64,000 nt of DNA from a virus. The translations under genes were made by a program, and so were the position numbers. The notes under the pieces were generated by a model. That model searched no databases. It had not been told where the DNA came from and saw only the letters and a list, made by a program, of their open reading frames with translations. Of the stretch, positions 59,092 to 64,000 are shown in pieces; the first letter of the stretch is position 1; every line of letters starts with the position of its first letter. The stretch is from positions 1 to 64,000 of the IMG/VR virus record IMGVR_UViG_3300042892_002669. One strand, 5' to 3'.

Positions 59092-60150
59092 TTACGCCGC
59101 GGTCAGTGTGATGTATTTTACTACTGGCCCGTGATTTCCTGCCCAACCGCCGGTATCAATACCAGTAAGACTGATTGCCGCAGAAGTAATAGTATTGAAT
59201 GTTGCGGGGATTTCACTTCTATTAAGCGTCAATGTAATATCAGTGAAATTTTGAGGAGCGTTTGAAGTTCCTGTAGTTTTTGTAATTACTGTGCCACCTG
59301 AAATGTTTTTGTAAACCACTGTAAAATTATAAGTGTCGATTTGAGTGTAGCCGCCAACAGCCTTATCATCATGTCTTAGATTCACAACAGCAGTAAATGT
59401 GCTTGCATCAGCAGTCACGCTTGACACTGTAACATTGCGGCTTAATGTTCTTGATGTAAATGAGAAATAAAGCTCACCGTTATATAATGCAATTTGAGAC
59501 CCGGCGGTATATGAATAAGTTCCGAAGCCGCCACTAGCAGTCCATCCAGTAGTTCCGCCACTAAAATCTGAGTTAGTAATTAATTGTTGCGGTGTCATTG
59601 TTGGCGTAAGACTAGTATCATTGGTAGTAATAGTACTGCTTGTAGCAACAATAGGTCCACTTATTGATACTGTGCGAATTTGTAACGCATAATTTTCAGA
59701 TCCTTCGGTTAATGTATCAGCTTTTAAGTCAAATGATACCGTACCTGATCCGCTATTAATTGTAAAACTACCCGATGGTAAACTACCACTAACAAAGTCT
59801 GCGCCAGTAACACTACCTGTTACGGTATAATATAAAGTAGTTCCATCTGTTACATTAGTGGTAGTAATATCAAATGCTGTTCCTAACCCAGTACCTTCGT
59901 CAACTGAATTAGCACGTGATGCTACACTGTAACTTGGTGGTGGAGGACCTAATGTCCATGGACGACCGGAAACTAATCCACTAGGATGTGATTGTACACT
60001 AACATCATTATCTGAATAAACTGAAGGTAGTAAAGTTGTGTCTAGTGTACTAGGGCGACCATCTGTCGCACGTTTAGTAATTGCCGCAGTTAACTTAGCA
60101 TTTTGCTTTGCTTGTTTGGTAGATAGTGTTGAAATTCCATTAATGGACAT
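59092..60150 (-). CDS. Probable virion surface protein (Calx-beta/Ig-like plus carbohydrate-binding-like domains)
   Basis: SVDEG, ADF, ADTLTEGSE; then LITNSDFSGGTTGW...GWAGNHGP. Confidence 0.65.
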   Translation of the reverse strand: MSINGISTLSTKQAKQNAKLTAAITKRATDGRPSTLDTTLLPSVYSDNDVSVQSHPSGLVSGRPWTLGPPPPSYSVASRANSVDEGTGLGTAFDITTTNVTDGTTLYYTVTGSVTGADFVSGSLPSGSFTINSGSGTVSFDLKADTLTEGSENYALQIRTVSISGPIVATSSTITTNDTSLTPTMTPQQLITNSDFSGGTTGWTASGGFGTYSYTAGSQIALYNGELYFSFTSRTLSRNVTVSSVTADASTFTAVVNLRHDDKAVGGYTQIDTYNFTVVYKNISGGTVITKTTGTSNAPQNFTDITLTLNRSEIPATFNTITSAAISLTGIDTGGWAGNHGPVVKYITLTAA

Positions 60151-60151
60151 G

Positions 60152-60433
60152 TTATTTTCCTAATGGCTTTTCGCCGGTTAGATATGGTCTACTAAACCAT
60201 AGTTGGAACCATTCGGGAGTACCTGGCTGTATATTGTGCTGCTTCATCAGGTTACCTTTTTCAGTGCCAGTCACACTGATGTTGATCTCACCGCCCACCA
60301 CTTGAGGAGTGATACCACTGAGTTTCTTCAAGTCATCTAATGTGGTATCAGTATTTTGTTCCATGGAGGGAACGGACTTGAGCTTGTCAAATCCGTTCAT
60401 TATACTAGATTGTTTCCATACATCAAATGACAT
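60152..60433 (-). CDS. Hypothetical protein
   Basis: 93 aa; DDLKKLSGI motif; IQPGTPEWFQLWF. Confidence 0.75.
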   Translation of the reverse strand: MSFDVWKQSSIMNGFDKLKSVPSMEQNTDTTLDDLKKLSGITPQVVGGEINISVTGTEKGNLMKQHNIQPGTPEWFQLWFSRPYLTGEKPLGK

Positions 60434-60448
60434 ATAGTATTTATCAGA

Positions 60449-61141
60449 TTACTTGATATCTAGAGGCCTTGCTTTGGTAGCTACGATACAATAGTATTTT
60501 TCTCTTACTTCTTGTTTGGAGCCGTCTTCATTCTCACCCACAGCCAAATCAAATTCTAATGTGTTGAACGTATCAATATTAAAACCAGTTCGTTGTAATA
60601 GTGCCGTCAATTGAGTAGAACCCAATATACTATAGTGATTCAAGTTAGTTTCGTGCTGTCTGTCACATTCAGGAGCAGGAACTTCAATATAAATCTTGCT
60701 ACCCTGTTTTAGCACACGGTTATATTCCATTAAACTAAAGATAGGATATGGACTGTGTTCCAGTGAGTGGCGAAGGAAAATAAAGTCAACACTTTCGTCA
60801 TAGTATCCTTCTTTTTGCGGAAGAAAACTCATGTCATAAGTCTTGATAGTGTGTCCTTTATTTTTACAGATTTCAATGTCGCCAGGACTGAGGGTGACTC
60901 CCACCAAGTTGGTATATCCTCGCTGTTTCATTTCGTCTAGAAAATATCCAGGACCGCAACCTAAATCTAGTATAGCTGCATCTTTTGGTAATGCAATTGG
61001 ATCTATATATTCGTTTACTACTTTGGTGGTAAGTTGTTGATGGAACCCGCTTTCACCTTCTTCGTAAATGTGGCAATTTACCAACCATTCGTAGTAGAAT
61101 TTAAGTTTAACGGTATCAAATACAGTGTTTATGTCAATCAT
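60449..61141 (-). CDS. Class I SAM-dependent methyltransferase
   Basis: ILDLGCGPG, DFIFLRHSLEHS, RVLKQG. Confidence 0.9.
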   Translation of the reverse strand: MIDINTVFDTVKLKFYYEWLVNCHIYEEGESGFHQQLTTKVVNEYIDPIALPKDAAILDLGCGPGYFLDEMKQRGYTNLVGVTLSPGDIEICKNKGHTIKTYDMSFLPQKEGYYDESVDFIFLRHSLEHSPYPIFSLMEYNRVLKQGSKIYIEVPAPECDRQHETNLNHYSILGSTQLTALLQRTGFNIDTFNTLEFDLAVGENEDGSKQEVREKYYCIVATKARPLDIK

Positions 61142-61759
61142 TTATAGTTCTCTCTTTTTACAGTTATCAAAATGCCATCGTTGCATTACCCCAGAGCCAC
61201 CTAAGGTATTACAATGAGGACATACTATTTTGGGTTTTGGTTTACCTGCATTTGCTTCGCTATTTTTCCTTTTCCATTCATCTGATTGTACTTTTCCGAA
61301 GTTGGGATTATTAACACCAGTGCGAAGTTTATTTTTTGCGGAAAGGTCAGGTCGGGCGATTCCGCGTTTTTTGTTTGCTCTTTTATTTTTGTGTTCTGAC
61401 GATTGTGGACCATATGGGGGTCTTTTCCCTCGCATTTTGTCTAATGATTTTTCAGTGTGTTTTTCTCCCAAACGACATGGTCTATTATCATTGTTGTGTT
61501 GGTTGAAACTTCGTGGGTCATTTTTAGCGTCAAGAAGCTGTAGAATTTCTGTTTCTAACTGATAGATGTCTTTAGATTCACCCTCACAAATTATTTGACG
61601 AGACCACTCAGTGGGATTGGACAGTATAAGAGGTTTTACTTTTTTACTACTGCATAAGTAGCCATCATTTGGGTGGCAACCAATAGCATACCGTGAGCCA
61701 ATATACCAGCTGAGCGTTGGGAGGTGCGTCCATTTGTAAACATAAGCAATCGTTTTCAC
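61142..61759 (-). CDS. Free-standing GIY-YIG-like homing endonuclease with NUMOD3-like repeats
   Basis: AYVY...WYIGS, DGY..SS, FN; H(T/S)EE/K..K repeats, NPNFGK; C-terminal CPHC; GTG start. Confidence 0.8.
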   Translation of the reverse strand: MKTIAYVYKWTHLPTLSWYIGSRYAIGCHPNDGYLCSSKKVKPLILSNPTEWSRQIICEGESKDIYQLETEILQLLDAKNDPRSFNQHNNDNRPCRLGEKHTEKSLDKMRGKRPPYGPQSSEHKNKRANKKRGIARPDLSAKNKLRTGVNNPNFGKVQSDEWKRKNSEANAGKPKPKIVCPHCNTLGGSGVMQRWHFDNCKKREL

Positions 61760-61791
61760 TAATATACTTATTCAAGGAATCACACACTGAA

Positions 61792-62163
61792 TTATTTTCC
61801 AAATCCCTTAAAGGCCATCATGGGACTTGACTTGTTGGTACTGTCCAATTCCTCACTCTTTAGATCACCTTTGTTAAGGTCTTGGTAATCGGCGCCTGCC
61901 GCTTTGTAAGCCTGCTTGAGCATTTTTTGCTCTACATCAGTGTATGGATGAGCCGTTCTTTGCTTACCCACCCAGCTGGTTGAGTTGATGTCTATAGGAT
62001 TGGTTCCATCTGCACAAGCCGCTGCCATCATCACACGATTAAGTGTGTAATCACTGTTTGCTTGTTCCTTATCGTGAAACAAATTAAGACCTTTTGTGGC
62101 CTTTTGTTGGCGTTTGGTAATCTTACCTTTTTTGGCTTCGCCTATGAATTCTTTTGCTCTCAT
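61792..62163 (-). CDS. Hypothetical probable internal head protein
   Basis: MRAKEFIGEA start, 5 nt after CTAAATA. Confidence 0.75.
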   Translation of the reverse strand: MRAKEFIGEAKKGKITKRQQKATKGLNLFHDKEQANSDYTLNRVMMAAACADGTNPIDINSTSWVGKQRTAHPYTDVEQKMLKQAYKAAGADYQDLNKGDLKSEELDSTNKSSPMMAFKGFGK

Positions 62164-62171
62164 GATAGTAT

Positions 62172-62966
62172 TTAGCTGTTTATTTGGTAAGTGATAGTAT
62201 GTACAATTGTGGTGTCTAGTAATGGACTAACAGTCAATCTCATGTTGCCACCTGCAATAACTGCATCATATGTGGTTACTGGGCTTCCAGCAAACAGAGT
62301 TCCATATACTGAATGTCCTACTGTAGTGCCATTGTTATTTTTTCTCACAGACACAGTGGCCAATTGACTGTTTTGCGAACCAGTTTCACGTGAGCTTACT
62401 TCAAACTTGCCATTGTTAAATGATGCCAGTGGTAATTGATAGACGATTTGATTGGCAGCGTTATTTGCAGTAGTCACTGTCAGCGAATTCAGTACAGAAT
62501 TACCGTATGTGATGCTGTTTTGAACTGACAAACTGCCCAAACTCAGGTCAGGCTTAACATTGGATCCAGCAACACTAAAGCTAATTGAGTTGCCCACTTC
62601 TGTTACTTGTACGTTGCCAATACGCAATGCAGTTGAGCTTAAGTACAAGTTGCCAATGGTGTTGCTGGCGCTGCCTATGCTTATGGTGTTAGCAACCAGG
62701 GGAATTAGATTAACTCCCAAATTTAATCTGCTATTGCCACCATCAAGTGCCAGGTTACTAGTACCCACAAACGAATTTGTAGTTACGTTACCCACTGTGG
62801 CAGATGTTTTGAATTGCAATGCTCCATCAGGTCCAGTGGGATTTAGCCCACTAGTAGTGTTGGCAGTGTCTACGAAATTGTTGTTGATTTTTATAAATGC
62901 TACTCTGACTGGATCGCCTGTTCCGTCGTTGGGTAGTTCACCTACATTAATTAGTTCATAAGCCAT
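62172..62966 (-). CDS. Baseplate/tail-fibre-associated protein (gp9/gp10-like N-terminus)
   Basis: INVG..PNDGTGDP.R.AF.KIN.NF. Confidence 0.75.
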   Translation of the reverse strand: MAYELINVGELPNDGTGDPVRVAFIKINNNFVDTANTTSGLNPTGPDGALQFKTSATVGNVTTNSFVGTSNLALDGGNSRLNLGVNLIPLVANTISIGSASNTIGNLYLSSTALRIGNVQVTEVGNSISFSVAGSNVKPDLSLGSLSVQNSITYGNSVLNSLTVTTANNAANQIVYQLPLASFNNGKFEVSSRETGSQNSQLATVSVRKNNNGTTVGHSVYGTLFAGSPVTTYDAVIAGGNMRLTVSPLLDTTIVHTITYQINS

Positions 62967-63047
62967 ATGGTTGTCCCAGTTATAATGTATTTATCGGTTT
63001 GATTTCCAAATTGCAGTTGATAAATAGTAGACTATTTAGGAGATTTC

Positions 63048-63860
63048 ATGCGTAAGTTATTGTTAGTTTTACTTCTGGTCAGTTCAGGTGCCCATGCTTG
63101 GACACAGCGTCCACCCCAACCTGTACAAAGCTGCCAGGTACATAGCCCATATGGCTTCCCGCAGAGTGCGGTTCCAGTGTCTCCCATATGCAGACAAGCA
63201 TACTTGGTGGGCTATGATCCTGTGGTTAAAATGCCCAGATATGTAACATATGAGCTGTTGCCAAACAACGCATTGGGCTGCTGGCCACGAACTAACGCAT
63301 TCACCGCAGATCAAAGCGTAGTGAATGGGCCGCGCCCAGATGACTATGCAGCTACTGGCTACGACAAAGGGCATGCAGCACCGGACGGTGACTTGAGTTG
63401 GGATCAACAGGTAGAATATGAGTCATTTCTCATGACCAACATGTTCCCACAAGCAGGATCATTGAATCGCGGTATCTGGAAGCTGTTGGAAACCAGTGTT
63501 CGTGGTTGGGCTGTTCAATTGAAGCAACCACTGACCGTGTATGTTGGTGCAGTGTACAATGCGCAAGACAAAAAGATTGGCAGCGGAGTAGTTGTTCCGC
63601 ATGCATTCTACAAGATAGTGGTAAACAATGCCACTGGACAAGTAGCAGGATGGATGTTTCCGCACACTGCACCATACCCCAACTTGGGCAATGACTTGAC
63701 TAAATTTCGTATGCCTGTTGCACAGATTCAACAGTTAGCTGGAGTTAAGTTTGGATTTCCTGCGAAAGCACAAGAAATAGCACCTGGTAAAGAATGGCCT
63801 GTGGACTATGGAGCATTAACACAAGCCAAACGTGCCAAGTGCAAGGGCAGCGTTGAGTAA
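63048..63860 (+). CDS. Secreted sugar-non-specific DNA/RNA endonuclease (NucA/EndA family)
   Basis: Signal peptide MRKLLLVLLLVSSGAHA; GYDKGH.AP, F.MTNM.PQ...LNRG.W..LE, VP.AFYKIV. Confidence 0.92.
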   Translation: MRKLLLVLLLVSSGAHAWTQRPPQPVQSCQVHSPYGFPQSAVPVSPICRQAYLVGYDPVVKMPRYVTYELLPNNALGCWPRTNAFTADQSVVNGPRPDDYAATGYDKGHAAPDGDLSWDQQVEYESFLMTNMFPQAGSLNRGIWKLLETSVRGWAVQLKQPLTVYVGAVYNAQDKKIGSGVVVPHAFYKIVVNNATGQVAGWMFPHTAPYPNLGNDLTKFRMPVAQIQQLAGVKFGFPAKAQEIAPGKEWPVDYGALTQAKRAKCKGSVE

Positions 63861-63998
63861 TTACTTGCCAGCGTTTTCGTAGATATTTTTTTGTATTTGA
63901 TACCAATCTTGCCAGCCATTGACCAACACTGCACATTCATGATAGGATGTGTAGTTGTTGGCAACTGTTTTGGCAACATCAGATAACGTGGGATCGTC
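63861..63998 (-). CDS. Partial CDS (3' end), probable o-spanin-like protein
   Basis: Frame absent from the ORF track reads DDPTLSDVAKTVANNYTSYHECAVLVNGWQDWYQIQKNIYENAGK*; stop abuts the nuclease stop. Confidence 0.55.
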   Translation of the reverse strand, partial: DDPTLSDVAKTVANNYTSYHECAVLVNGWQDWYQIQKNIYENAGK

Positions 63999-64000
63999 AT

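Noticed and set aside
60449-61141. Methyltransferase as a DNA methylase
   Set aside because: Lacks DPPY/NPPY or PC motifs; resembles small-molecule or glycan methyltransferases.
61142-61759. Group I intron around the homing endonuclease
   Set aside because: Flanking genes are complete and abut the ORF, leaving no room for a ribozyme core.
63806-64000. 64-aa ORF MTIPRYL from the ORF track
   Set aside because: Overlaps the nuclease gene; another frame ending at 63861 gives a more protein-like spanin-type sequence.
1-64000. Stop-codon reassignment, tRNA genes, diversity-generating retroelement
   Set aside because: Core genes are full length in the standard code; no cloverleaf noticed in the short intergenic gaps; no reverse transcriptase or adenine-specific repeat pair seen.

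Overview
A 64-kb segment of a large T4-like contractile-tailed phage, distant from T4, probably infecting a Gram-negative proteobacterium (GH19 endolysin, spanin-like gene, ErpA-type Fe-S carrier). Most genes lie on the minus strand and use the standard genetic code. It encodes virion and packaging genes (sheath, tube, neck gp13/gp14, gp15, gp4, terminase, tail fibres) and replication/recombination genes (clamp loader, primase, helicase, gp32, UvsX/Y/W, exonucleases). It also encodes dNMP kinase, MazG, Nudix, a 2OG-Fe(II) oxygenase, ErpA and GroES. No capsid, portal, B-family polymerase, tRNA or CRISPR array was seen. Main observations: (1) an intein-less, miniaturised DnaE-type polymerase core split into two genes about 42 kb apart, broken just before the catalytic DxD; (2) an in-frame array of unrelated 52-72 aa modules bounded by a DNA-conserved repeat encoding GVAEG; (3) a set of probable capsid-packaged, protease-processed proteins sharing N-terminal and LSG motifs; (4) many apparently leaderless genes behind sigma70 and (G)ATAAATA late promoters; (5) structured 5' leaders. 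All calls come from motif recognition by eye; no database searches were run.
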